NCBI GenBank assembly: GCA_013239625.1 | Contig: MU057346.1 | Location: 6,720,431 to 6,784,430 of the forward strand | Direction of reading: 5' to 3' | Length of the DNA stretch: 64,000 nucleotides | DNA from: Lama guanicoe | Lineage: Eukaryota | In this document: positions 1 through 12,490 of the stretch, piece after piece | Layout of the letters: the number at the start of each line of letters is the position of its first letter | Position numbering within the stretch: the first letter of the stretch is position 1 | Notes under the pieces: model-generated | Told to the model about the DNA's origin: nothing | What the model saw: the letters and a program-made list of their open reading frames with translations, nothing else | The model's database searches: none | Made by a program: the position numbers and the translations under genes

Positions 1-29
1 AGGGTGACTCTTGGCCATTTCATGATTTG

Positions 30-205
30 CTCTAACACTGTGCCACTTTTGGCAAGTTATTTACTTCTCAACCTGTTTTCTCCTCCTAAAAATGAGGGTG
101 AATTGCAGGACCATCTCCCATTGGTTTTGTAGTTGGTACATGGCATGTGTGAGCGTACTGCTCGATACAGTCACTTACAGAGTGGTCCATAATTGGGAGC
201 CATCA
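30..205 (+). mobile_element. MIR SINE, degraded
   Basis: MIR core-like text: tgtgccacttttggcaagttatttacttctc...tcctaaaaatgagggtg. Confidence 0.55.
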
Positions 206-334
206 CCTCATGTACCAGTTTTGTAGACGAAGCTCCTTGCAGGTGGAAGCAGTTGCTAGGCATTTCAGCCAGCAGTTAAATTGTTGAATGTCAGTCACAC
301 CACGTGTTGCTCGGTAGAATGAAATCATCTAAAT

Positions 335-507
335 GAGTGGTTTTCAAAGCGTGGCTCCCAGGCCGGCAGCATCATTTGGGAACTTGTTAGAAATACAAAT
401 TCTCAGGCCCAACCTCAGACCTGCTAGATCTGAAACTCTGGCCCCAGAGTCTGTGTTAACAAGCCCTCCAAGTGGTTCTGATGCTCGAAGGCACTTGAGA
501 ACCTCAG
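335..507. mobile_element. MER5A (hAT-Charlie MITE)
   Basis: agtggttttcaaagcgtggctccc...gggaacttgttagaaatacaaattctcaggccc...ttgagaacc matches recalled MER5A consensus, both TIR remnants present. Confidence 0.85.
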
Positions 508-986
508 GTCTAACTACACTAAGTGTTAACATCAGGGCGACTGGCTGGCTTCGTTAATTTGCTCCAGTGAAGTTAGCCTTTGAACCAATTCCATTACAGC
601 ACTGCTGGGGTCACAGATTGGTGCCTGAAAGGTACTTATGTCTCCAGGTGCTCTGGTACGCCGTCTGAAAGCCCTCTCAATCCAATCCATCCTCCTCAAA
701 TGTGCCATTGTTTTTATCTCATTAATGGCTCCTGAGAGCTGGGCAAATTTGTCCCAAGTTTCTTCACTCTCTCCTGTCTCAATTTTGGATGATGGCTAAC
801 TACCATGTTACAGAGTGTCTGCTCATTTCTCAGAAACCAGCCTTTTGGGCCAGAGATGAAAATGTCTTCAGGAGATTTGAGGCGGTCCAGGTAAAGATAA
901 TCCCTGATGAGAGGAACTGCTGCCCTGGGCTTGGTAGAACCAGCCTTTCTGCCATATTAGATCTGTGACCCTGAGGAAGTTATGTG

Positions 987-1163
987 TGCTTCTCAAACTT
1001 TGCTGCACTTAAAAAAAATCACTTGGGGAGTTTTTAATACCCCTGATGCCCAAGCTAAACTCCAAACCAATTAAATCAGAGTGTGTTGGAAGAGACCAAA
1101 CATCCGTACATTTATAAAACTCTTCAGGTATTTCCACTGTGAAGCCAAGTTTGAGACTCTCTG
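987..1163. mobile_element. MER5B-like hAT-Charlie MITE
   Basis: ttctcaaactttgctgcac...atcacttggggagttttt...ccaattaaatcaga...gccaagtttgaga. Confidence 0.75.
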
Positions 1164-3482
1164 AGTTACTATAACTCATTTATACTCCAGTTTATTCATC
1201 ATTAGGACAGGGGTTAATGACACCAACCAGGTAGCTTTGTTGTGAATATCAAATGACATCACACAAGGAAGAGTTTCTAACACACAATAGCAGAGAATCA
1301 AAGATCTGATTTCCTTTCCATCAACTGCCTTACTCTGAGTAAATATCTGAAATGAACTACTCTCTGCTGTCTCTTTGGACACAAGCACTTACGAAATGGA
1401 AATGCAGAGAGACCCAATTTGACAAACAAACAAAAGGATTGTCTTCTGACTCACTTGAGAAAAAAATAATTCAGGGTTTGGTCGCAGTCTCTCCCCACAC
1501 CAGAACCTCCGAGCATCTCCATCCGACCCTCCCATTCGGCTTTTCTGTTTCCAGTCACTTCATTTTGCAGCCTGACCTTATCTGTGAGGTGCACCTGGTG
1601 CAACTGAGGCCTAAAGAGGTTAAACAGCATCACGATGGCAGCCATATACCTGGATTAGACCACTGAGTTGCTCCTGACTGATTATTTATTTGGTCCACTA
1701 AGCAAAGCTGCTGGCTCACTCAGGGCCATGGAAATGTATTTTTCGAAACTTCATTAGCTTAAACTCCTCAGAAGAGGTCGAACTTGAATCTTGGAAGAAC
1801 CCAACATTTTTCCCTCAACTTTCTCCTCCCGATGCTGGGCTCACATCCGAGGCATCAGGCCCACAGCCTGGACCTGCCAGACAGTCAAGGAATGAAAACG
1901 TGTGTGGTCATCAATTCTTCTCTTCTTTTTTTTCTGCTTTAATTATCTAACTACAACCAAAGCTCTTTCATTGTAGCTGCTTTTCAAATGATTTAGCAGC
2001 TTCTTTTTTTCCCAAATGCTGAAGAACCACAAAATATCAGGACTGCAAGAGCCTTTGGATCCATTTTATCTAACCTGCTAAATTTATAAATAAGAAGCTC
2101 TATAATTGACCAATGGTTTTGACTCTCCGCACTGAAGAAAAGATTGCTGCTGTTCTGTTCTCCCTCCATAACAGGCACTGTGGCAGCCTCTCTGGGGCTA
2201 GATCCTGCAAACACAGACAAGACACTCCTTCCAGCTCCCACCACTCACTCTCCATCTATTCGCATTCATCAATAGGCATTAAGGGTTTTCTTTTTTTTTT
2301 TTTTCATTTTGTAAAAATGAGTAGGGGAGGGAAGGAGTTTGTTGGGGACAGGGACTAGGAGGAGAAAGAAGCAAAAGAAGATAAAAACAGACTATCCTCC
2401 TCTGGCCCCTTAAAGTGGGTTTGACACTTTGACGTTAGAGGGCAGAAAATTATGGAAATTATTTCTTTCATGAACTACTATACAAAATTGGAGGTGAGGA
2501 CCAGAAGCTAATTAAACCAATGGCAAAAGACTGGGTAAGATTCTAGGTTCAAGCACTACGGCTGTGAAGCCAAGTGACAAAGGATGACACAGTTCTAAAG
2601 AGAGCCATCCCCCTGCCCAGAGATTCCTGCGGCACCTCAGCATGGGAGGGTGGGTAATTAAGGGGTGGATCACCATGGCAACACTCCCTTGAGTGGCCCG
2701 GATGAGGGGGGGAGATGCTGACATTGATTGGGGGCACTTGTGAAGTCAGCCTTGGATTTCCCAGTATTTTCCAGTATTTTTTGAAATACTGGAATGATGC
2801 TGTAATGGAGCCGGAGTTCCCCTTGAGCAGGTGGGAACCCGGGGTCCTGTGAAGGGGGTGAGTGTAGATGTGACCTATGTCCTCACTGAGGGTAGAGAGC
2901 TGCTGACCTCAGTTCTGGCCAGGGCCCTGCTTCATGTTTGACTGGAGCAGACCACCTTAATTACAGATTTAAAGTCGAGAGCGTCTGTGAGCAAAACTCC
3001 AGGAGACGAAAGAGAGTGTGTAGGAGCCTGATCTTTGCCAGCTGAGACTTCTCTTCCAGCCAAGAGAAGCGTAGGGGAAAGTAGCAGCGCCCGTGGAGAG
3101 GCGACTCGGAACTGCCGCAGGGATGTGCGCACGCCGCGGCCAGCACACACCCGGCAGCCCCATCCAGCGCAATTCAGATCAACTACAAGATTGATTGACT
3201 CAGCAGACCTCAATGGGATGCTTAATTCATACCAGCCACCGTTCCAAAGTAGTGGGGAGAGAGCAGCAGACCACCACCAAGTTTCTGCCACATGGAACTC
3301 TGTCAATAAATGAACTTTAGTGAGTATATAACACAAGCAGGTGGTTGTACACACTGGGAATAAAAATGGAGCAGATTAAAGATACAGAGCATGGAATGGA
3401 AGCAGCTGCATGGTCCAGGCAAGCCTGATGGAAGGTCTGAGGGCAGGAACACTGTCCTTCCCTTTCAGGTCTTCTTGACACC

Positions 3483-3640
3483 AAGGGTTCTCATCTAGGG
3501 TGACTGTGCATCCCAGGGGACGTCTGGCAGTGTCTGGAGACATTTTTGGTTGTCACAGCTTAGCTTGGTGCTACTGGCATCTAGTCATTTGAGGTGAGAG
3601 ATGTGGCTCAGCATCCTCGAAGGAACAGGACAGATGCCAC
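3483..3640. mobile_element. MER20 (hAT-Charlie), partial
   Basis: ggttctca...ccaggggacgtctggcagtgtctggagacatttttggttgtcaca...gtgctactggcatctag. Confidence 0.85.
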
Positions 3641-3699
3641 ATGTCATGTTCTGCAGGCACCAGCATGGGGCTGGCCTCTTAGAGGGTCTGAACATGTGG

Positions 3700-4200
3700 T
3701 TTGTTCACTCAAATACTCATCAGGCATGAATAGACTAGAAGTCTGTTCATTTCTAGGGCACAACAGCAAGGACACTGTCCCTGTCCTTGCAAAGCCCATG
3801 ATCTAGCTGGGGATGATTTGTATCAAGACACCTCCTCCACCACAGGACAAGAGCAAGGCCAGGAACAACCTTCCAGAGGCAGGACAGCAAAGCAAGTGCC
3901 GAAGAATGAGGAGAAGTTAGCCAGGTGACAGGAAGGGGACAGGGTGGGAAGAGTGTTCCCAGGAGAGGGGACAAAAGAGTTGACGATGCCTCTGCAGGAG
4001 AGTGAGGCCCCTGAGGGAAACAGGACTTGAACTTGACTCGCAGGGAAGGTAGGACCAGGTGCTAAGGAATGAGCTTAGATAAGACAGCCCTCGGTGACTG
4101 GTAGATGTTAGCGGATTTCAGGCTGGAGTGACGTGATCAGATGTGGATTTTGCACAGATGGCTCTGGTTGCCAGTAGAGGACAAGTGAGAGGTCACGAGT
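3700..4200 (-). mobile_element. L2 LINE 3' region, degraded
   Basis: cactcaaatactcat...tccctgtccttgcaaagcccatgatctagctgggga followed by purine-rich L2-like tract. Confidence 0.5.
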
Positions 4201-6511
4201 CCCATCTCTGGGTCTCTGAAGCCAGAGTGGCATATATCAGATAAATGGCATTCTCACCCAGGAAGAGCTGGGAGGTGAATCCAAACTCATAGTGAAGATA
4301 CTAAATATACCTTTGGATGAAATAAGTAGCAAGAATTGGAGGACCTGGTCCTGCCAGGCCTTGCAGAGTAGTCACCCTTCTTTCGGTTTTTATTCTCAGG
4401 AAGCCTTGGAGAGTTGTAAGCAAGGGAGTGACATGCAATTTGCATTTCAGGAAGATAAGAATTGTTTGAGAAAGTCAACAATAACATTCAAATTGCCATA
4501 AAATAGAAATTAATTCTAAAAAATGCATTGGTTTGTTGAGAATTTACTACCTAGCAGGCCCTGGGGAAGAGAGATAAAAGATAAACCCTGCTTTCCCTGA
4601 GCTCAGCCTTGAAGTTCTCTTCCAGGCAGAGTAAACTAGAATACCTTTCTTCATTCTAAATCCATGTGTGTGGAGGGGCGGGGAGTGCATTATGTGCTTG
4701 CCTGGTCCTTCCCTTGTTTGGCTCAATCTCCAGGCCGAGAGAGCATTCTCTGTTAAAATTCCAGTCTTTCAGTTCTTTCTTCTATGGGAGTTTATCAGTG
4801 AGCTATCTCGAAATTATTTATTAAGCACCGTTGGCTGGAGCTGTTAGGTATTGATTTGTTTGATTGGCATCTGTTTTTAAGATCCTTATTTTGAAGAAGG
4901 CTTATCTTGTTCTTGCAGTAAGGCGTTAGGTGCCAAAAAATCACTTCCACATTACTTTTCTTTCTTCTGAAATTATGAATATTTGCATATCAGGCTCCTT
5001 AAAGCAAAGTTCATCTTTTCTGGTACCACGTGGGAAAGATTACATGCTCGCTAAAAGAACTTGGTTGTGCTCTGTCCCTTCCAGGTGCTCATTCCCTGCC
5101 CGCAGCTGGGGCCAGACAGAACCTTGACCAGGCACTCCAAAGATGGGATAAAGTCAAAGGCTGGAGAGAAGGCATCCTCACTGAATGATGGGTTAGCATG
5201 TCAAACATTAACAGATCGAAGACTGGGTTGATGATGTTTGCCAAAAACAAGTCAGGAGAGCTCTTTCAATGTTGAGCATCCCCTCCTGGCTTGAGGGGCA
5301 CATTGAGTCACTGGCTAACACCTGGGGGAAAGCAGTGGTCAAGGTGGTAGACCCAAGGCAGAGGCCTTGGCCAGATGATCATGAAGGCTCAGAAACCTGG
5401 GGGACTGGCATTTCACAGTATATTGTGTCTGCATTTTCTATTCCTTTTGAGTTTTTAATACAGAGCCTAATCATGAACTCTACTCAAGTCACCTTAGTTC
5501 CTGTTTCATGTTTCTTCCTTTCTGTTATGTGAGGCTCTGTTAATTAGCAGAGCTGTTTCAGCTTCCAAATAAAAGGAAATATATTTCCAAAACATAAATG
5601 TTAACTCAAGAGATCAGGGCACGTGAAGGACTGGATTTCTCATTGCTGATGTCGCCCGTGGGATGGGTGCAGAATGTAGAAGTTCTGCATGGTAATGGGG
5701 GCTTTCTCCCAAACCCCCTCATCCATCTACTCCCCTGTTCCCAAGTCTACGCTTATGTCTGGGAAGCGACCGCCGAGGGCATTGAACCAACGTGACAGCT
5801 ATTTGCTGGAAACGCCACGATGTGGGTGGCATTATTTATGATCAGTCCCAGGAAGTCCAGGCCCTGAGACAGAAGGAAGGAAAAACTGCAAGTTCTGTTA
5901 TTTGGGGTGTGGATCAAGCATATGCCAGCGTCCAGAATACATCTTGGAAACACCGTTTCCATCCCGAGTGGTTCTTTATTTGCCTTCATCTTCCCTGGAC
6001 TCTCTCACCCGGCTTTCTAGACCTGAGCTACCACCCAGAGCAAGAGCTGGTGCTAGGCATTAGGGCTGGGGGAGACACAGAAATGAATAGGAAGGCTGTC
6101 CTCTGGAGGACCGGGACACCAGGTTCCCCCTCCTAGAAGGGTCCCCTCCCTCATCTTCCACCCCCATTCCCACCCCGACTCCCTCCATGAACAGTCAGTT
6201 AATTTTGTAGGTCAGATCATGACACACTGATCTCCTGGGGGTGAGGGATAGTTACCTTTCCCCTGGGGGGTCCTTCTATGTTGGCAGGTCAGCCACGTGG
6301 AGAGTTCTCCAAAGAAATCAATGGGAAGAGCTTGGGCTTCTCCCATAGTTCTGCTTCCTGACAGGTGTGAGGACGAATGGCCAGGTGACCAGCGTGGACA
6401 GAGTAGGTGTCCTGTGTGGTAGTGAATCCTTGCCGGGTGATGTGTTCAAACACCACCTTCAGAAACAGCTCAGAGGGGTTCTTACATTGAGAAGTTAGAT
6501 TAGAAGTAGGA

Positions 6512-6810
6512 TTCACAGACATAGCAAACAATCTTACAGTTACCCGGAGAAAGGGGGTGGGAAGGGATAAATTTGGGAGTTTGAGATTTGCAAATGTTAG
6601 CCTCTATAAATAAAAATAAATTAAAAAATTTTTTCTTCTGTATAGCACAGGGAACTATATTCAATATCTTGTAATAACCTTTAATGAAAAAGAATATTAA
6701 AATGAATATATTTATATATATGCATGACTGGGACATTGTGCTGTACACCAGAAATTGACACATTGTAACTGACCATAATTCAATTTTTAAAAAGTAACCT
6801 AAAATAAAAA
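6512..6810 (+). mobile_element. 5'-truncated L1 3' UTR (camelid-type) with 10-bp TSD
   Basis: L1 3' UTR motifs (gggataaatttgggagtttgagatttgc, gcacagggaactatattcaatatcttg), A-rich tail; AGAAGTAGGA at 6502-6511 and 6811-6820. Confidence 0.9.
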
Positions 6811-6816
6811 AGAAGT

Positions 6817-6978
6817 AGGAGGTCTGCAAACTATAGCCCGACCCAGAGTTGCCTGTTCATTTGTTGCCTGCGGCCACTCAGACCCCAGAACAGCAGAGCT
6901 GAAGAGTTGCTGCAGATCACGGCCGGCAGAGCACAGTGTCTCCTCTCTGCATGTCTACAGAAGAAGTTGCTGACCCTG
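6817..6978. mobile_element. MER58A-like MITE, internally deleted
   Basis: aggtctgcaaactatagccc ... gcagagctgaagagttgc ... agaagaagttgctgaccctg resembles MER58A termini. Confidence 0.7.
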
Positions 6979-7552
6979 GACTGGATGGGCCCTCACATCC
7001 CTTAGGAGTTGGCATCTCCACAGCCCTCCGATAACCTAATTTTAAGTTTTTTGAGACCACCTTCAGTCCCAAAAGGGAGCTTATCCATTTCCCTTTTCCA
7101 GAGATCTTGGAGGAAAGGCTGAATGTGTGGGGATGCTGTTAGACCCAGAGGCGAGCTAACTCCATTGGGACAGGCTCCCCGGAGGCATTTTCATGGAGAT
7201 GCAGTGAACCCCACTTCCAGATCAAGTGCCAGGGCTGCCCAAGTTCGTCTGCTCTCCGCTTCCTGAGTAAATGAAAGTGTGCTTGGAAGAGGCTTCACTG
7301 AGGGAGAGCGAGCTGACAGATGCCCAACACGCAATGAGATTTACACTCGCTTCTCTTTCCTGGCAGGTTTCTGTTCCCAGCATCACTCAGGGAGCTAGGG
7401 GCAGGCCTGAGCTGTCCTGCCTGCGGGCTCCACCTGAGGCCGACTCTTGCTCTGAGTCATAGAGTAACAACCACCCTGGGGGTGATGGTGACCCTTGTGG
7501 GTTCCGCTTAGCCCTCAGTAACCCTGGCATTGACTCAGTGGCTTAGGTAGCC

Positions 7553-7940
7553 TGTGTTAGCTTCCTGTGTCTGCCATGGGAAATGATAGCACTCTTGGTG
7601 GCTTAAAACAACAGATTTGTTACCTCACAGTTCCAGAGGTCAGGAGTCAATTAGGGGTCTCCCTGGGCTAAAACCAAGATGTCCACAGGAAGGGCTGATT
7701 CCCTCTGGAGGCTCTAAGGGAGAATCAGTGTTCTTGCCTTTTCCAGCTTCTAAGAGGCCATGAGGCGCATTCCTTGGCCTGTGGCCTCTTCCTCCATCTT
7801 CACAGCTGGCAGTGGTGAGTTGAATCTGCTTACACTGTTCTCTCTCTGCATTTCCTCTCCCAGTTGTAAGGACCCTATGGTAACACCGGTCCACCTAGAT
7901 GATCCAGGATAACCTTATTTTTAAATTCGACTGATTGGCA
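7553..7940 (-). mobile_element. MLT1 (MLT1D-like) MaLR LTR, partial
   Basis: ggtggcttaaaacaacaga...ctggaggctctaagggagaatc...ccttttccagcttctaagaggc is the reverse complement of the MLT1C/D 3' half. Confidence 0.85.
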
Positions 7941-8712
7941 ATAGAGGAACAGAGCAGGTTAGGAATTGATCCAAGATCACACAGCTGGTAAGAGAGATGA
8001 GCTGAACCTTTGGCCTCAGCTACCATCACCTCCAGAACCTGGGGACAGATGGCATAACCAGCAGTGTGAGCAAGGGGCTCCCCTCTTCTGTTAGCTGCAA
8101 ATAGGGGGATAACTGGAGGGAGCCATAGCTCACAGCCGACCCTCAGGGGCACCCCTGTGATTCTCTCTCTGAAGGTCAGAGGCAGATTGTCATTTCTCTG
8201 ATGTGTTTTCCTATTAGAACATAAATGTCCCGGCCTCTTTCACACTCTCCTCATTTCTCCTTTTGAAATGTCATCTCAGTGTTTCTCCAGAACAAGTGCG
8301 AAGCAGGCAGAAGTCGGACACTGGGTTTTTTTGTGCTTGGAGCAGTCTCAGGCTCAGAGCTGCTGTGGCACGAGGTGGGCCCTAAATGGTGACCTGCCCT
8401 GAGGCCCTCTTACCCACTGGAGAGTCAGGGGAGACTGGGTAGAGTATTGATTTCTCAGCCTACGAAGGCAGGTACCAGCACACCTGGTCCTGACCCTGAC
8501 CCTGATGCTTTAGAGGAGAGCATCCTGGCATGAGACCTAGTCAGCTCCAAGTCCAGATTCCTGCCCCAGCACCACTTACACAAAATACCAGCAGCCAAGC
8601 TTGACCTCACACTGACTGTGTCTGGCTCGATTAAGTCCTCTTCTTGGATGCTCTCTTCAAAGTTCAGTGTCCCCTAGCCTGCTAGGGATTTGAGAGTGAA
8701 CAAAACACATCT

Positions 8713-9039
8713 TATGTGGAATCTTAAAATATGACACAAATGAACTTATTTACGAAACAGAAACAGGCTCACAGACATAGAAAACAAACTTGTGGTTACC
8801 AAAGGGGAAAGGGTTGGGGAGGGATAAATTAGGAGTTTGGGATGAGCAGATGCTAACTACTATAGGTAAAATAGATAAACAACAAGCACAGGGAACTATA
8901 TTCAATATATTATAATAACCCATAATGAAAAAGAATACGAAAAAGAATATATATGTATGTATAACTGAATCACTATGCTGTACACCAGATACTAACAAAC
9001 ATTGTAAATCAACTATACTTCAAAAAGAAAAAAAAAAAC
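8713..9039 (+). mobile_element. 5'-truncated L1 3' UTR (older cetartiodactyl-type) with TSD
   Basis: tatgtggaatcttaaaatatgacacaaatgaacttattt...ataactgaatcactatgctgtacacc...poly(A); AAACACATCT at 8703-8712 and 9040-9049. Confidence 0.9.
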
Positions 9040-9251
9040 AAACACATCTGTTGCTCCCTCAGGAACCTTGAGGCAGAGACCGTTTTTGTGCATTTTTCAT
9101 TTGGAGAAACTAAGGGGAGCATCAGGAAGCAGCTTACACAGCTGGTAGGTGACAGAGCCAGGTTGACAGCCTTCTTCCCCATCCCGAGCCCAGGCTCCGC
9201 ACACTGGCTCCATCGCACACCATTTAAATGCTTGGTTTGCTCACTGTAAAC

Positions 9252-9465
9252 CAGCGGTTCTCACTTAAGAATGATGTTGGCCCCCAGGGGACAGTTGGCG
9301 ATGTCAGGAGACATTATTGGTTAATGCATCTGGGAGAGGGCTGCTACTGGCAGCTAGTGGTAGAGACCAGGGGTGCCATTAAGCATCCTGCCATGCACAG
9401 GACAGCCCCCACCACAAAGGATGAGCCAGCCCCCGATGTCCTAGTAACACTGCTGAGAAACCCTG
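9252..9465. mobile_element. MER20, near full length
   Basis: cagcggttctca ... tgcacaggacagccccc ... tgagaaaccctg; both TIRs present. Confidence 0.9.
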
Positions 9466-10348
9466 GTGGAACATGAGAAGAGTGAAACACCCTCTGGGGT
9501 TGCTGTGAGCTTTGAAAGTGGTAACGTGTGTGTTAAACATGGTAAATCTTCTACCTAACCAAGCCCTGTTTTCACCAACCAGACTTCATTTTAGCTGGAA
9601 TCTTGGCTCGCTCGGGGGCCCCCACCCTGCCTAGAGATCCCCCCTTTAATTCTGAGAAGCACCCAGTAATATGGTTCTAGAAGAACTCGCCAATGCTCAT
9701 TTTTTATTTGGCATGGTGTTTTAATTTTTTCTTTCTCATTGCAGAAGACAAATTCCATTTCCTTACTCCTGAGGGAAAACTAATTCCAGCAAACGCCATT
9801 TGTCTTTGGCACCTTAAGATCTAGATAATTTGCTGCAAGTTTATTTTTATTGAAAATTATGTAGATATTATTCAGAAACACAATTTCCAACTCTACGGCA
9901 CATTTCAGCAGATTTTATCTTAAGTGTTAATACATCTACTGAGGATATATGCTCAAATGTCCATTTCTTAAAGATACCCTTTTTTATGACTCTCTGCCTT
10001 TGAGATCCTCAAACTTGTGTGCTATGGAGTGCTGAAGGATTAAGATATTTTCCAAAAGAAAATTGTGTTATAAGTTATGAGCTGTTACCATTCGACTGCA
10101 ATTCAGACTCATGACACTTTATATAGCTTATATGATTAATTCAGAAATAATTTGCATTTAAATGCATTTAAGATATTTAACTTGTGATTCCAAATGTACC
10201 TATTTTAAGCTTAGCAGAATACTCCAAAGTGTGTGGACACCCCTCCGCCCGCCCAGCAATTACATAGACCTGAGAAGGATTCAGATGTTAATTTAGAATA
10301 GCTTTATCAAACTGTTTCTGGAAAAACAAGAACTAAGAGATGGCCCCC

Positions 10349-10350
<2 letters not shown>

Positions 10351-10392
<42 letters not shown>
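10351..10392. repeat. (AC)21 microsatellite
   Basis: perfect AC dinucleotide run. Confidence 0.98.
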
Positions 10393-10395
<3 letters not shown>

Positions 10396-10877
10396 GACCC
10401 ACACTCTCACATGAAAGGGAGTCCTGTGCTCTCTTGGGAACAATTGGGAAACATTGAAAGGCTGGGAAACATTGAAAACTCTAATTGCTTCTTTAAAATT
10501 TGCAGTGTATATATGACACAGTAAAAACAATTTGAAGGCCTTTAGTTGAAAACCTGTTTAAGTGAGCATAGTCCACACTTTAAAAAACTAAACCTTGTAA
10601 CAATGCTTTCCTGTAAGAAGTATTAACCATTACAGAACTCACACTCTGGATAATGTTACTGAGAAAAAATTTAATTGATGAGACCAGAAAGAAACAGTCA
10701 GTGTGGAGTGCCCAGTGGGTGCCAGCATGCCTTCCTGAGATGTTGCATGGTCCGCCATTTTGGAAAAACAATTCTGGAGACAATTTGGCATCAATATTCT
10801 CTATTAATGTAGTGGAACCTAGGCTTATCCTCCTTCCTGTTGTTTTAGCTCATCAAGAGGTAGGGGAGTATCTGGAC

Positions 10878-11260
10878 TAATGGATGGATAAATGAATGTT
10901 GGTCATCCACTCAGTGGGCTATGATTCAGCCATTAAAAAGGAACCAAGTACTGATGCATGGTACAATGTGGGTGAGCCTTGGAAAGATCCTGCTGAGTGA
11001 AAGAAGCCAGACACAAAAGGTTACATATTGTATGATTTCAATCATCTGAAATGTCTAGAATAGGTAAATCATAGAAACAGGAAGCAGATCACTGGGGACA
11101 ACTGGTGGGTATTGGGTTTCCTTTGGGGATGATGAAATGTTCTGAAACTAGACAGTAATGGTGGCTGCACAGCACTGTGAATGCACTAAATGCCATGAAC
11201 TGTTCACTTTAAAACAATTGATTGCACTATGTGAATTTGACCTCAATTTTCTTTTTTAAA
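10878..11260 (+). mobile_element. L1MB-type LINE-1 3' end
   Basis: ctgagtgaaagaagccagacacaaaagg...tttggggatgatgaaatgttctgaaactaga...gtgaatttgacctcaat. Confidence 0.85.
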
Positions 11261-11578
11261 TAACGGAAAATAAGAAATGGTGAGGGAGGCAAGAGCCAGA
11301 GGACAGAAACACTCAGGTGGAAGTCCCAGGAGGAAGAGGGTGGGGCAGAGGGAGAATCCAGGGGCGGGGTGTCCTGCACATTTTCCATGGTGGCCTGGGC
11401 ACCTTGTCCATATCTGACAACAGCTTGAAGAAATTACAGCCTAAAGGGATGAATATTCAGTACACAGAGTGGCCGCTGAGAGACAGGAGAAGGGCAGTAT
11501 CTGCCCAGCTCAGCAGGAACCCACACCACGGCGATGTGTTCATGACAGGAGCCTGGTGACCCACACTGGTCTTTGCTC

Positions 11579-11748
11579 CAGAGTTGGAAGCAAGTGACCA
11601 GGAAACTAAGCTGGACTTTCAGAGTCCTTTACTTACAGTGACCCCTTCTGCAGCCCCGCTCCCAAGGTCGCATTGCATGTCTTCTGCTTAAAGGAAACCC
11701 TCCCAATTGCATAATCTTCGGCTTCTTCACAACCTGAACCAGCCTCTG
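11579..11748. mobile_element. hAT-Tip100 MITE (Arthur1A/MER69-like)
   Basis: cttaaaggaaaccctcccaattgcataatcttc...aacctgaaccagcctctg resembles the recalled terminus. Confidence 0.5.
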
Positions 11749-11871
11749 TGACTTTAGCCTAGTGGAGCCCAGCTGAGGAAGCATCCCAGTTCTCTTCTGA
11801 CGTGGTCAAGCCTCACATTCACTAATGCCTCCTGAAAGTCAGGCTCCGTACATATTGGAGAAGGACTAGAC

Positions 11872-12087
11872 CAGTGTGGCCCAATAGAACTTTCTGCAGT
11901 GATGGAAATGTTCTGTATCTTTGCTTCCCAACATGGTAGCCAGATATATGATCATCTATTACCAGTGGCTTGAGCCCTGGAATGACGGTCAGTGCAACCA
12001 TGAAACTGATTTTTTTTAAGTTCTGTTTTTGTTAGTTTTTATTTAAATAGTGACTTGGCTGATGGATCTGGTATTGGAAAGTGCAGA
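11872..12087. mobile_element. MER3 (hAT-Charlie)
   Basis: ccaatagaactttctgcagtgatggaaatgttctgtatct...tattggaaagtgcag; CTAG-containing flanks typical of Charlie targets. Confidence 0.85.
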
Positions 12088-12099
12088 TCTAGGAAGAAG

Positions 12100-12490
12100 T
12101 CGTGGGTGAAAGTGTTGTTTTTAGCATCACACAGGTCTATATTTTAATATTAGTTTTGCCTGTCACTAAGAAAGGTAGTTTGCGGCAGTTCACTTAATCT
12201 GTAAGCCTTGGTTTCCTCATCTATAAAAAGGTAGAAATGACAGGACCTACTTGCTAGAGCTGTTGTCAAGAGGAAATAAGACATTCCTCATTAAGTGCGC
12301 AGGACTGGGCATTTAACAGTGCTTCAGTAACACTATTTGTTCTTTTTGCTATTGGTTGTTCATCTCTGCTTTACACAGCGGGGCTTTGAAGAACTGAGGG
12401 CTAGGGAGGTGAAGTAACTATGCTCAGGGTCGTATAACCAGAAGGCAGAGGAGTGGGAATTTATTTCCGCATTTCCGATGTCAGAGTCCA
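12100..12490. mobile_element. Two MIR fragments in opposite orientations
   Basis: cacttaatctgtaagccttggtttcctcatctataaaa (+) and gaactgagggctagggaggtgaagtaact (-). Confidence 0.7.

Noticed and set aside
6500-6829. Hydrophobic ORFs 6500-6829 and 8750-8998 that resemble each other (possible membrane-peptide family)
   Set aside because: Both are antisense readings of L1 3' UTRs; the similarity comes from the repeat.
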